A stretch of 45,506 nucleotides of DNA from an uncultured Gammaproteobacteria bacterium. Its GTDB lineage: Bacteria; Pseudomonadota; Gammaproteobacteria; Thiohalorhabdales; CAYUWI01. The notes beneath the pieces were generated by a model that did not search any database, had not been told where the DNA came from, and was given only the letters and a program-made list of their open reading frames with translations. Location of the stretch: NCBI GenBank assembly GCA_964448275.1, contig CAYUWI010000003.1:1-45506 (forward strand). The letters run 5' to 3'. A program made the translations under genes and the position numbers. How positions within the stretch are numbered: position 1 is the first letter of the stretch; each line of letters begins with the position of its first letter. Below are positions 10,601 through 18,852 of the stretch, piece by piece.

Positions 10601-11142
10601 GGATCGACCCGGGCAAGGGCACACCAACGTGTGAGCTGGGCAATGGCATCGGGATGGGCTTGGGGGTCAGCCAGCAAGGCTACAGCGAACTGGCTGACTG
10701 CCAATTCGCGGTCATTTGTATCCAGCCCCCATTCATCGAGCTTGTGCTCCAACCAGGTATCCAGCTCGGCGAATGAGGCCTCAATGGATCCACGCAAATG
10801 ACGGGCACGTTTCTGGACGAACTCCTTTTTGAACTGAAAGACAGGGTTGTGGTGCACAGTCGCCTGCGCAGCGGCCGCATTCTCCGCTTCGATGCCAAAG
10901 AGGCTTGAGATAAACCCTTCGAGATAAGGGGCAAGCTCAAGTAACAGGGCACCATGCTTCTGTGCAGGTGGCAGGGTCGGTGCGCGGCGGAACTCCAGAA
11001 GGCGACGGTGCAAGTCTGGATCCTGTTCCCGGAGATGGAGCAGAAAGGCCTCATCGAGGCGGTGCAATCCGGCCACCTGGAACAAGTCCCTGAAACTCAG
11101 ACCCTCAAACTGGATCGGATCGTGACCCATTCGTTCCGCCAT
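7618..11142 (-). CDS. 1174-aa FAD/Fe-S oxidoreductase: GltD/NfnB-like module fused to a C-terminal FNR/PyrK(NfnA)-like module
   Basis: CVYC..C..GCP and CNDCMKSC Fe-S motifs, GMGPAG FAD motif, GGGLTAID and YRRR NADP motifs, then RPGQFFRLQ, MGPSG and SPMQCMLQGVCAQC..C [2Fe-2S] motif. Confidence 0.85.
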   Translation of the reverse strand: MAERMGHDPIQFEGLSFRDLFQVAGLHRLDEAFLLHLREQDPDLHRRLLEFRRAPTLPPAQKHGALLLELAPYLEGFISSLFGIEAENAAAAQATVHHNPVFQFKKEFVQKRARHLRGSIEASFAELDTWLEHKLDEWGLDTNDRELAVSQFAVALLADPQAHPDAIAQLTRWCALARVDPEGQRRTAGWMSFALPERVDPSHLVPVYTYTGHPMQPMEAEPGQFRRRDGFRLTDPRMSAREVQNEIHYCVYCHYHEGDFCSRGFPEKKGKPELGFKVSPNNNILHGCPLDEKVSEMHVLKRDGYTLAALAMVMVDNPMVPSTGHRICNDCMKSCIYQKQTPVNIPQIETRVLTDVLDLPWGVEIYDLLTRWNPLRHRQYLPKPYNGRKVLIAGMGPAGFTMAHHLTMEGCAVVGIDGLKIEPLPEWLSTHPVRHYQDLVESLDERTNYGFGGVAEYGITVRWDKNFLKLIYLSLLRRPTFQVFGGVRFGGTITLEAAWSLGFHHVCNASGAGLPKVIPMGNSLARGMRQANDFLMALQLTGAAKSDSLANLQVRLPAVVIGGGLTAIDTATELQAYYIVQVEKALTRYERLVQVYGEEEISQRLDEEHHGILEEFLSHGRAVREERRRADAAGATPNFIPLLRSWGGVTIAYRRRMNESPAYQRNHEEVIKALQEGIFYVQGLEPLHAILDDYGHVKRLECRRRKDAQGNPLFTPEDVSLPARSILVAAGTVPNIIYEREHPGSAALDGNQFRAHVYHHYDLQAVQPAQHCKDSTFGPFTSYAQNGRFMTFIGDTHPAFQGSVVKAIASAARSYPQIMEALDDQGPAKADEADYARFREHMEYMLRPQVEDVRTDHPAVVELRVRAPLAARNFRPGQFFRLQSFEKLSPVVGGTRLQLPLQTVSGAGVEGDMIRLFILKNGAYARLAARLRPGDPVVLMGPSGAPTEMGHGKTIMVVAGRWGAAVMLALGPALRAAGNRVLYIGAFRNAREVYCQQQLEIATDQIVWATASGEPVSTNRPQDVSVISGNVVELLRSYGEEELGSSGRPQISLDEVDEALVMGSTGLLRALQGALQGELQDYFKRDLEVMGTVGSPMQCMLQGVCAQCLQWQINPYTGQRTRAVFSCAEQDQPLFSVDLENLWDRQTQNRLADQLADLWLSYLSEHVEADLETA

Positions 11143-11150
11143 ACTCCCCG

Positions 11151-11972
11151 CTACTGTTGCTGCTCAAAGGTAGAAGCAATCGCACTAACAAATGGCTTCA
11201 GGGCGTAGGTCCCCTCTTTCAACGTCACATCACTGTGGAACCCGAGCTTCTCGAGCTGTTCATCCACCACAGGACCCAGTGCTGCGACCAGCCCGCGCTC
11301 AAGACCCTGCCGCAGTTCCTCCTCCCGACCTGCCTGCTGCGTGACCTTCCAGAGCCGACGGATCTGGGGCCCACTGGTAAAGGCGATACCGTCAACCTCA
11401 CCTGTTGCCAGTTGCCGAACGACTTCGAGTACCTGGCGATCCTCCGCCTCTGAGGCGTAGACATAGGGTAGGACAGGATCGGGGCTTGCACCGGCCTCTC
11501 GGAGGAAATCGAACAAGCGCTCATTAGGGTTATCCGGGTAGAGCTGAACTGCGACAGTCCGACCTGCTAACGAATAATGAGAAAGGGTCGAGATGATCCC
11601 TTCTGTGGTAGGCTCCTCTGCCTGAATTGTCGGTTTTACCTCGATCTCGCGCAAGGCCTGAACCGGTTTCGGCCCCCGCGTCACAATACGGATTCGGTTG
11701 AGGGCAGTCACAAAGGAATCGTGCAGACCCGCACGCTTAGCGACCCCTAACAGGCGGCGCAGCCCTTCACCAGTAAATAAGATCAAATCGTCACAATGGC
11801 CTGTGCTGACCCGTTCGAGCCAAGCGACCACCGGTTCCGAATCGGGGGCATCCCGGATCGCCACCATTGGGCAACGAACCGACCTTATCCCGCGCCGTTC
11901 AAGCATATCTGCAAGGAGGTCAAGTTTGCGGGTTTCGGGCAGTATAAGGGTACAAAGCGCTCGATCAACCAT
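11151..11972 (-). CDS. hemD: Uroporphyrinogen-III synthase family protein
   Basis: ILFTGEG, VTRGPKP, VLPYVY, IAFTSGPQ, AALGPV (HEM4 fold). GGAGGGGG RBS before ATG 11972. Confidence 0.82.
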   Translation of the reverse strand: MVDRALCTLILPETRKLDLLADMLERRGIRSVRCPMVAIRDAPDSEPVVAWLERVSTGHCDDLILFTGEGLRRLLGVAKRAGLHDSFVTALNRIRIVTRGPKPVQALREIEVKPTIQAEEPTTEGIISTLSHYSLAGRTVAVQLYPDNPNERLFDFLREAGASPDPVLPYVYASEAEDRQVLEVVRQLATGEVDGIAFTSGPQIRRLWKVTQQAGREEELRQGLERGLVAALGPVVDEQLEKLGFHSDVTLKEGTYALKPFVSAIASTFEQQQ

Positions 11973-12325
11973 ACTTCCCCCCTCCAAGATCTGGAGTGTA
12001 CCGGGGGTCTGCGCTATCCGCAGGGAGAATCGGCCACAGGATGCACTAATAGGGGGCCGAATCGGGTTTTGTCTACTATTCTATCTATTGGAAAGCTGTC
12101 GCCATAGCAGGTTCCGGGATGGCCCACCGACGAAGATCAGCTCGCGGTCTGTTGCTTTAAATGGAGACCACATTCCTTGTACTCTGGGGCTTCCTACCAC
12201 CAACGGCCGCCTCCTTCGTCTTCGTGTGGAGCGCTTGGCCGAGTATAGGGAGCGCAACCGATACTCCATGCCCTTGGTCATGGAAGACATTGTAAATGTT
12301 GGGCTCAATCCTTGGGGCAGCATAC

Positions 12326-12341
12326 TAGCAAGCGCTTACTA
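12326..12341. promoter_or_regulatory. Near-perfect 16-bp palindrome, LacI-type operator-like
   Basis: TAGCAAGCGCTTACTA has one mismatched pair and a central CG. It precedes an AT-rich stretch in the divergent hemD/acuC intergenic region. Confidence 0.35.
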
Positions 12342-12400
12342 TTTATAAAAATGATTTGTTAAGATTTATCCATAACCTTTTTATATAAGGGGGTGATCGC

Positions 12401-13372
12401 TTGGACCCGCAAACCTCCACGACTCAGGAGACCTCTTGTGTCGGGATCTATATCGGCGAGGAATTGGCCAAGTACGGCTTTGGTCAGGGGCATCCTTTTG
12501 GCCCTGACCGCATGGATGCCTTTTGGTATGAGGCCCAAAGGCGGGGACTCGACCAGAAGGCATCTCTCTATCAGCCGGTCGCGGCGACAGAGGAGGATAT
12601 CACTCGGTTCCATGCCCCGGAATACGTCGACTTCGTCCGAAGGCGCTCCCTCCAGGGGGGAGGATTCCTCGATTTCGGTGATACTCCCGCCTTCCCTGGG
12701 ATCTTCGAAGCAGCGGCCTACGTCGTGGGCTCAGCCCTCGATGCAGTGGCCCGGATCATGCGTAACGAGTGCCGTTGCATCTTTATTCCGATCGCCGGTC
12801 TCCACCACGCACGACCTAACTCTGCTGCCGGCTTCTGCGTATTCAACGATTGCGGTGTCGCGATTGAGTCTCTAAAAAGGGACTATGGGCTTGAACGGAT
12901 CGCCTATATCGATATCGATGCCCACCACGGGGACGGGGTCTTCTACAGCTTCGAGGCAGACCCCTCCGTTTGGATCGCTGACATCCATGAGGATGGGCGG
13001 AGCCTCTACCCAGGGACCGGTCGGGCTGATGAGACAGGTCGTGGTGACGCACGGGGAACCAAGCTCAACATCCCTTTACGTCCTCATGCGAACGATAACG
13101 ACTTCCTGCGCGCTTGGGAACAGGTAGAGACCTTCTTGGAACAGGCCCAGCCGCAGTTCTTCTACCTCCAATGCGGCGCAGATAGCCTCGGGGGTGATCC
13201 ACTAACGCACCTTGAGTTCTCCGCCGAAGCCCACCGCCATGCAGCCGCGCGGCTGCGCGTGCTGGCCGAGCGATACGCCCACGGGCGCCTCCTCGCCTGC
13301 GGTGGCGGGGGATATAACCGGTCGAACCTGGCTACCGCATGGTGTGCGGTGCTGGAAGGCCTCCTGGCATAG
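12401..13372 (+). CDS. acuC: AcuC/histone-deacetylase family Zn-dependent deacetylase
   Basis: GHPFGPDR, AGLHHA, GFCVFND, YIDIDAHHGDG, YPGTG, QCGADSLGGDPL, GGGGY. Confidence 0.9.
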   Translation: MDPQTSTTQETSCVGIYIGEELAKYGFGQGHPFGPDRMDAFWYEAQRRGLDQKASLYQPVAATEEDITRFHAPEYVDFVRRRSLQGGGFLDFGDTPAFPGIFEAAAYVVGSALDAVARIMRNECRCIFIPIAGLHHARPNSAAGFCVFNDCGVAIESLKRDYGLERIAYIDIDAHHGDGVFYSFEADPSVWIADIHEDGRSLYPGTGRADETGRGDARGTKLNIPLRPHANDNDFLRAWEQVETFLEQAQPQFFYLQCGADSLGGDPLTHLEFSAEAHRHAAARLRVLAERYAHGRLLACGGGGYNRSNLATAWCAVLEGLLA

Positions 13373-13414
13373 GCAGAAGACACGGCGCTACTCTCTCAAC
13401 TCAAAGAGCACATC

Positions 13415-13981
13415 ATGCAAAGGGAACACCTACGTCAGCTCCTCGAGGAGCAATGTCTTATCACCGACTCCCCCTTTATCCTCAGCACCGGTAGGGCTTC
13501 CTCTTTCTACTTTGACTGTAAAAGGGCCACCCTCCGAGGAGACCTGCTGAATCTCATTTCGGAGGCCTTCCTCGAAGAGATCGATCAGCTGCCCGAGCAG
13601 CCCGAGGCCCTTGGCGGACTCACTATGGGGGCAGATTTTATCACGGCGGCTGTCGTCCTATTGGCCCATCGCAAAGGGCGAGCGATACCCCGAGAGGGAG
13701 CGATTGTTCGGAAAGAGCCTAAACAGCACGGTACGCAAGGCTACATCGAAAACCCTTTGTCCGCCAGTACCCCAGTAGTCGTCATCGACGATGTCATTAC
13801 CACAGGCAAATCCACCGAAGAGGCATGTCGTCGGTTCCTCGACCACGACTACAAAGTTGTCGGAATCATCGCCTTGATCGACCGCGAAGAGAGGGAAGTT
13901 GGAAGGCTTGAACGCACATACCACTGCCCGGTACGGGCAATCTTCCGTAAGAGGGACTTCCCCAGCCTGGTAATCAGCTAA
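13415..13981 (+). CDS. pyrE: Orotate phosphoribosyltransferase
   Basis: LSTGRASSFYFDCK, VRKEPKQHG, PRPP motif VVIDDVITTGKS. Confidence 0.93.
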   Translation: MQREHLRQLLEEQCLITDSPFILSTGRASSFYFDCKRATLRGDLLNLISEAFLEEIDQLPEQPEALGGLTMGADFITAAVVLLAHRKGRAIPREGAIVRKEPKQHGTQGYIENPLSASTPVVVIDDVITTGKSTEEACRRFLDHDYKVVGIIALIDREEREVGRLERTYHCPVRAIFRKRDFPSLVIS

Positions 13982-14703
13982 CCCGAACAAGCAGGGAGGA
14001 AGGGGGCGATCTCTTGAGCGATTTGCTCAACGACAGAAGTGGGATCTGGGGCCTGTGTGATCGGGCGTCCTACCACTAGATAGTCGGCCCCATCCCGGAC
14101 AGCTTGTGCCGGGGTGCCAGGACGGAGTTGGTCCCCTGCTGAGGCACCGGATGGCCGGACCCCAGGGGTCACAATCACGAGATCTTCACCGAACTCTTGC
14201 CGCACAAGGGCTACCTCCTGCGGACTAGCCACGATACCATCGAAACCACACGTGTGGGCAAGCCGCGCCAGCCGGAGGGTATGAGCAGAAGGGTGCTCCG
14301 CTATACCCACAGCGGTTAGCTCGTGGGCATCCATGCTCGTAAGGACTGTGACCGCGAGTAAAAGGGGGCGTGGATATCTCTCCCGTACAGCCTCGCTGGC
14401 AGCCTCCAGGGCACTCGGGCCCGCACTCGCGTGAATAGTTACCATCCTGACCCCGAGCCCGGCAGCCGCAGCACAGCTTCCAGCAACAGTTGCAGGGATA
14501 TCATGGAATTTCAGGTCGAGAAAGACCTCTCTCTCCCTGCCTTGAAGCCCGCGGACTATATCCGGACCAACAGCTGTAAAGAGCTGTTGACCTATCTTGA
14601 CACGCCGCTGAGTGGGCGGTAAGTGCCCTAGAAGGGCCTCAACACCTGCCCAATCCGAGGTATCCAGTGCAGTGATGATATGATCGAATGCGGAGGCTAC
14701 CAC
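13978..14703 (-). CDS. pyrF: Orotidine-5'-phosphate decarboxylase
   Basis: FLDLKFHDIPATV, AVTVLTS, VTPGVRP, VVGRPIT. Confidence 0.97.
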   Translation of the reverse strand: MVASAFDHIITALDTSDWAGVEALLGHLPPTQRRVKIGQQLFTAVGPDIVRGLQGREREVFLDLKFHDIPATVAGSCAAAAGLGVRMVTIHASAGPSALEAASEAVRERYPRPLLLAVTVLTSMDAHELTAVGIAEHPSAHTLRLARLAHTCGFDGIVASPQEVALVRQEFGEDLVIVTPGVRPSGASAGDQLRPGTPAQAVRDGADYLVVGRPITQAPDPTSVVEQIAQEIAPFLPACSG

Positions 14704-14754
14704 AAAGGACCAAGGTTCGCGGGGCTACCTGTGGCAAAGGACCCCAATCCTACT

Positions 14755-15072
14755 TCACCTTATTGCAGAGGGAGGGCTTTGTTGTGAAGAAGAGGGGTTA
14801 CGAAGGCTAGCAAGCTCTTGCTCCAGCACCTCTGTGCGATGGCGCATACGCCGCAACTGCCAACGGCGGGAGAAAAACGGGATACCGACCACTAAGCCGC
14901 CCAATAGGATCCCGAGTGCGAAGACAGCAATCATAAGTAAGCTGAGGGGCACCGGCCCCAGATGCAATCCAAAGTAATAATCAAGTTCCACCGTCTGCAT
15001 ATTTTTAAGGGCGAAGCTAAACCCGATCACGAAAACGAGCAGAAAAAGCAAACCAATCAGGATACGCTTCAC
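14755..15072 (-). CDS. lapA: Lipopolysaccharide assembly protein A
   Basis: Two TM segments, FALKNMQTVELDYYFG, basic coiled C-terminus, canonical position after ihfB. Confidence 0.85.
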   Translation of the reverse strand: MKRILIGLLFLLVFVIGFSFALKNMQTVELDYYFGLHLGPVPLSLLMIAVFALGILLGGLVVGIPFFSRRWQLRRMRHRTEVLEQELASLRNPSSSQQSPPSAIR

Positions 15073-15134
15073 GGGTTCCCCTTTCTCAGTTACAGATAGA
15101 TTAGGCTAACAGGAAGATCGTCCTCTAGATTGAT

Positions 15135-15416
15135 TTAACCCTGATCGACCAATTCTCGAAGGCTCTTGCCCGCTCGAAAGTAGGGGACTTGTTTGGTAGG
15201 CACTTCTACGGGCTCACCAGTTTTCGGATTGCGCCCAGTGCGAGCTGCACGCGTTTTAGTGGTAAAGCTGCCAAAACCGCGTAACTCGATTCGCTCACCC
15301 GCTTCGATCTGCTCGGTGAGGAATTCGAGTAATGTGTTAATCGCCACTTCCGCATCCTTACGGTTCAAGTGCCCCAGCCGGAAGCAAATGCGGTCGATCA
15401 GCTCCGATTTGGTCAT
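15135..15416 (-). CDS. ihfB: Integration host factor beta subunit
   Basis: MTKSELI, ERIELRGFGSF, GRNPKTGE, VPYFRAGKSLRE. Confidence 0.96.
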   Translation of the reverse strand: MTKSELIDRICFRLGHLNRKDAEVAINTLLEFLTEQIEAGERIELRGFGSFTTKTRAARTGRNPKTGEPVEVPTKQVPYFRAGKSLRELVDQG

Positions 15417-15468
15417 ACAGCCTGGTACCTCTTCCAGCCAATGGTGAGACTCTCCGGCTTGCCCCTTG

Positions 15469-16362
15469 TTATCCGGAGTACAGGTAGAAATACTGTGGCC
15501 TTGGCCTCACCGTACTTATGAACCAACGGATCCAACTCATGGAGAACCACCTCCTTAACCATTGGTCCGCTGGGAACAACTCCTGTAATGGGACTTCCTT
15601 CCCCACTCCAGCTTCCTTGCGAAGCCAGTGCTCACTCGTGTGGAGATTACCAAGGGCATCTACTAAACCTTCCTTATACGCCTGCCGCCCAGAATATACC
15701 CGGCCATCAGCGAGCTTCCGTACCGCCTCACGATCCAAGGGGCGCTCCTTGGCCACAACCTTCACGAAATTTTGGTATAACTCATCGACCACTGACTGCA
15801 GATAGGCGCGGTCTTTTTTACTCATCTCGCGGAAAGGGGTACCGGCATCCTTATATGGCCCGGATTTGATGATCCGCGGTTCGATCCCAATCTTATCCAG
15901 TAGGGGCTCCAAGTTACTGCTAATCATAATCACCCCAATCGAACCGGTCAGCGTGGAGTCTAAGGCAAACAGGCGATCACCCCCTAGAGCCACCAGATAG
16001 CCACCGGAAGCAGCAACAGAACCCATCGACACAGCCACCGGTTTGCTCTCGGCCAAACGGCGTACGGCCCCGTAGATCTCTTCCGACGCCCCTACACCTC
16101 CTCCCGGGCTCTCGATTCGGAGCAAGGCCCCTTTGATCGCCTCATTCTCTTGGACCCTCTCCAAGAGATCCACCGTAGGTTTAGCAGATAGGATGGGCCC
16201 TTCGATATCGATGCGTGCTAAACGGGCCTCTGCAAAACCCCCTTTCCCAGTCCATACCCCAACCAGCCCGCTCGCGACAAGAAACAGAAGACCGCCAATA
16301 ACCCAAGCGGTCTTCCGATTCCGAGTCCCGTCGGCTAAGGTTCCCCTACTCCTGCTCTTCAT
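15469..16362 (-). CDS. sppA: Signal peptide peptidase SppA (S49, short form)
   Basis: N-terminal [42 protein letters not shown]. Confidence 0.93.
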   Translation of the reverse strand: MKSRSRGTLADGTRNRKTAWVIGGLLFLVASGLVGVWTGKGGFAEARLARIDIEGPILSAKPTVDLLERVQENEAIKGALLRIESPGGGVGASEEIYGAVRRLAESKPVAVSMGSVAASGGYLVALGGDRLFALDSTLTGSIGVIMISSNLEPLLDKIGIEPRIIKSGPYKDAGTPFREMSKKDRAYLQSVVDELYQNFVKVVAKERPLDREAVRKLADGRVYSGRQAYKEGLVDALGNLHTSEHWLRKEAGVGKEVPLQELFPADQWLRRWFSMSWIRWFISTVRPRPQYFYLYSG

Positions 16363-18097
16363 TCCCTTCTTTTTTTACCATCTGCTCTTTGAGAATCTCA
16401 CCCAGGCTGGTGGTGCCTGTGGCGATACTCCTGTCCTGCTGAGTCTGGGGGGTTCGCTCACGTTGCTCTCTCTTCTCGTGCTCCCTTTCCTCTTTCTCCT
16501 TAATCGAAAGAGAAATCTGCCGATTCCGGCGATCGATACCTACAATCTCAGCCTCCACCGATTGGCCTGGAGACACCCGCTCACGCGCATCTTCTATTTG
16601 ATCGGGGGAGAGATCTGCCGTCCGGATATAGCCCTCTACTTCTGGTTCAAGTTGGACCCGCACCCCTGTGGGTTCAACCTCCATCACCTCGCCTTCAACG
16701 ACGCTTCCCTTGTCATGCTCCTCGACATATTTGGTGAACGGATCTTCAGCGAGCTGCTTGACCCCTAGACTAATGCGCTCCCGCTCTGGATCCATTGAGA
16801 GGACAATTGCCTCGATCTCTTCGCCTTTTTGGTACTGTCGAACGGCCTCCTCACCTGGGATAGTCCAAGAGAGATCCGAGAGATGCACCAAGCCATCGAT
16901 CCCCCCTTCCAATCCAACAAAGAGGCCAAAATCGGTGATGCTCTTGATTACCCCCTTAACCCGATCCCCTTTGGTATGGGTCTCGGCGAACCTATCCCAA
17001 GGATTAGGCTGACACTGCTTCATGCCGAGGCTAATACGGCGACGCTCCTCATCAATATCGAGGATCATCACCTCAACCTCATCCCCTGAATTGACAATTC
17101 GGCTTGGGTGGACATTCTTATTGGTCCAATCCATCTCAGAGACGTGGACTAGTCCCTCCACCCCCTCTTCGAGTTCCACGAAGGCACCGTAATCGGTAAT
17201 GTTGGTCACTCGGCCACTGACACGGCTTCCGATGGGGTACCGCTGGGGCAACCCTTCCCAGGGGTCTTCTGTAAGCTGTTTGAGTCCAAGGGAAATCCGT
17301 TCCCGCTCTTTGTCGAATTTAAGGATCTTGACCTCGATCTCGTCCCCAACTTGCAGCAATTCCGCCGGATCATTCACTCGTTTCCAAGCCATGTCCGTAA
17401 TGTGCAGTAAGCCATCAAGGCCACCGAGATCGACAAAGGCACCGTAATCAGTCAGGTTCTTGACAACCCCTTTGACCGTTTGCCCCTCTTCGAGACGCTC
17501 CATAAGGGCTTGGCGTTCCTGCTGACGCTCTTCCTCGACGACAGCCCGTCGAGACACCACTGCGTTGTTGCGCGCCCGATCAAGCTTGATTACCTTGAAG
17601 TCGAGCTCTTTCCCCTCCAAATAGCTGGCATCTCGGACCGGACGAACATCCACGAGCGAACCTGGGAGGAAGGTGCGTATGCCGTTGATATCGACGGTAT
17701 ATCCCCCCTTGACCTTCCCCTGAAGTACACCCCGAACCGTCTCCTCTTGATTGTAGGCTTCCTCCAGGTCGTTCCAAGCACGTGCTCGCAAGGCCTTCTC
17801 ACGTGACAAGCGGGTCTCACCAAAACCGTCATCCACGGTCTCCACACAGATCTCCACCCGATCACCCACGGAGATGGTGAGCTCACCGTTTTCATCCAAG
17901 AACTGCTCCATTGGGACCAACCCCTCCGACTTAAGGCCCGCATGGATGATCACTTCCTTCTCATCTATCCCGACGACCTCTCCAACCACGATCTCACCGG
18001 GGCTAACTCTGTCCTCCCGGAAGCTTTCCTCCAACAGTGAAGCAAAACTGGAATCGCCAGAAGGATGGTTGGTCGTCTCGGAATTGGTTTCAAGCAT
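16346..18097 (-). CDS. rpsA: 30S ribosomal protein S1
   Basis: Six S1 repeats ([35 protein letters not shown]). Confidence 0.98.
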   Translation of the reverse strand: MLETNSETTNHPSGDSSFASLLEESFREDRVSPGEIVVGEVVGIDEKEVIIHAGLKSEGLVPMEQFLDENGELTISVGDRVEICVETVDDGFGETRLSREKALRARAWNDLEEAYNQEETVRGVLQGKVKGGYTVDINGIRTFLPGSLVDVRPVRDASYLEGKELDFKVIKLDRARNNAVVSRRAVVEEERQQERQALMERLEEGQTVKGVVKNLTDYGAFVDLGGLDGLLHITDMAWKRVNDPAELLQVGDEIEVKILKFDKERERISLGLKQLTEDPWEGLPQRYPIGSRVSGRVTNITDYGAFVELEEGVEGLVHVSEMDWTNKNVHPSRIVNSGDEVEVMILDIDEERRRISLGMKQCQPNPWDRFAETHTKGDRVKGVIKSITDFGLFVGLEGGIDGLVHLSDLSWTIPGEEAVRQYQKGEEIEAIVLSMDPERERISLGVKQLAEDPFTKYVEEHDKGSVVEGEVMEVEPTGVRVQLEPEVEGYIRTADLSPDQIEDARERVSPGQSVEAEIVGIDRRNRQISLSIKEKEEREHEKREQRERTPQTQQDRSIATGTTSLGEILKEQMVKKEGNEEQE

Positions 18098-18141
18098 CGG
18101 TGTTCTATACTCCTCAAGAAAGGTTCAACCCCCGGACCCAA

Positions 18142-18852
18142 CTACTTCGCCTCCTGAAGACGCTCATGCACCCAGTGCAGGACCTCAGCAAGGACAGTAC
18201 CGAGGGGCATTTCCGTGGTATCGAGCACATAGGCCCTTGGGGAGGGTTTCAGCGGCGCCATAAACCGTTGTGTATCTCGCTCGTCCCGTTGATGTAACTC
18301 CTCCCGGATCTGCTCAAATGTAACATCAACCCCCTCCCCCCTCAACTGTTGATACCGTCTCCGAGCTCGTTCTTCCAAATCAGCCGATAAGAAGATCTGT
18401 ATTGGGGCGTCCGGAAATACGACAGTGGCCATGTCACGACCATCGGCCACCAATCCAGGGGGCTGGCGAAAGCTCCGCTGCAGTTCGAGTAGGCCATCTC
18501 GGACAGGTTGCATAGCTGCTACCTTCGATGCAGCGTCGCTGATCTCTTGGCTCCGGAGGGCAGGGCCCACTGCCTCTCCGTTCACTCGGATCCGGGCCAC
18601 CCCATTCGGACCATCAGGCTCGTAGTGGAGCTCGAGTCTACGGGCAAGCCTCCCTAAGGTCTCAGCCTCACGCGGCTCGATCTCGATCCCCTTTCGGAAT
18701 GCGGCCCAAGCCACTGCCCGATAAAGTGCGCCGCTGTCGAGATAGTGCCAGCCCAACTCTCGGGCCAACAAGACCGCGAGGGTTCCCTTGCCACTGCCAC
18801 TCGGACCGTCGATCGTGGCAACGGGAACACCTTCGACTGGCCTATTCAACAT
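18142..18852 (-). CDS. cmk: Cytidylate kinase
   Basis: IDGPSGSGKGT, LDSGALYRA, ADGRDM.TVVFPDA. Confidence 0.97.
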   Translation of the reverse strand: MLNRPVEGVPVATIDGPSGSGKGTLAVLLARELGWHYLDSGALYRAVAWAAFRKGIEIEPREAETLGRLARRLELHYEPDGPNGVARIRVNGEAVGPALRSQEISDAASKVAAMQPVRDGLLELQRSFRQPPGLVADGRDMATVVFPDAPIQIFLSADLEERARRRYQQLRGEGVDVTFEQIREELHQRDERDTQRFMAPLKPSPRAYVLDTTEMPLGTVLAEVLHWVHERLQEAK

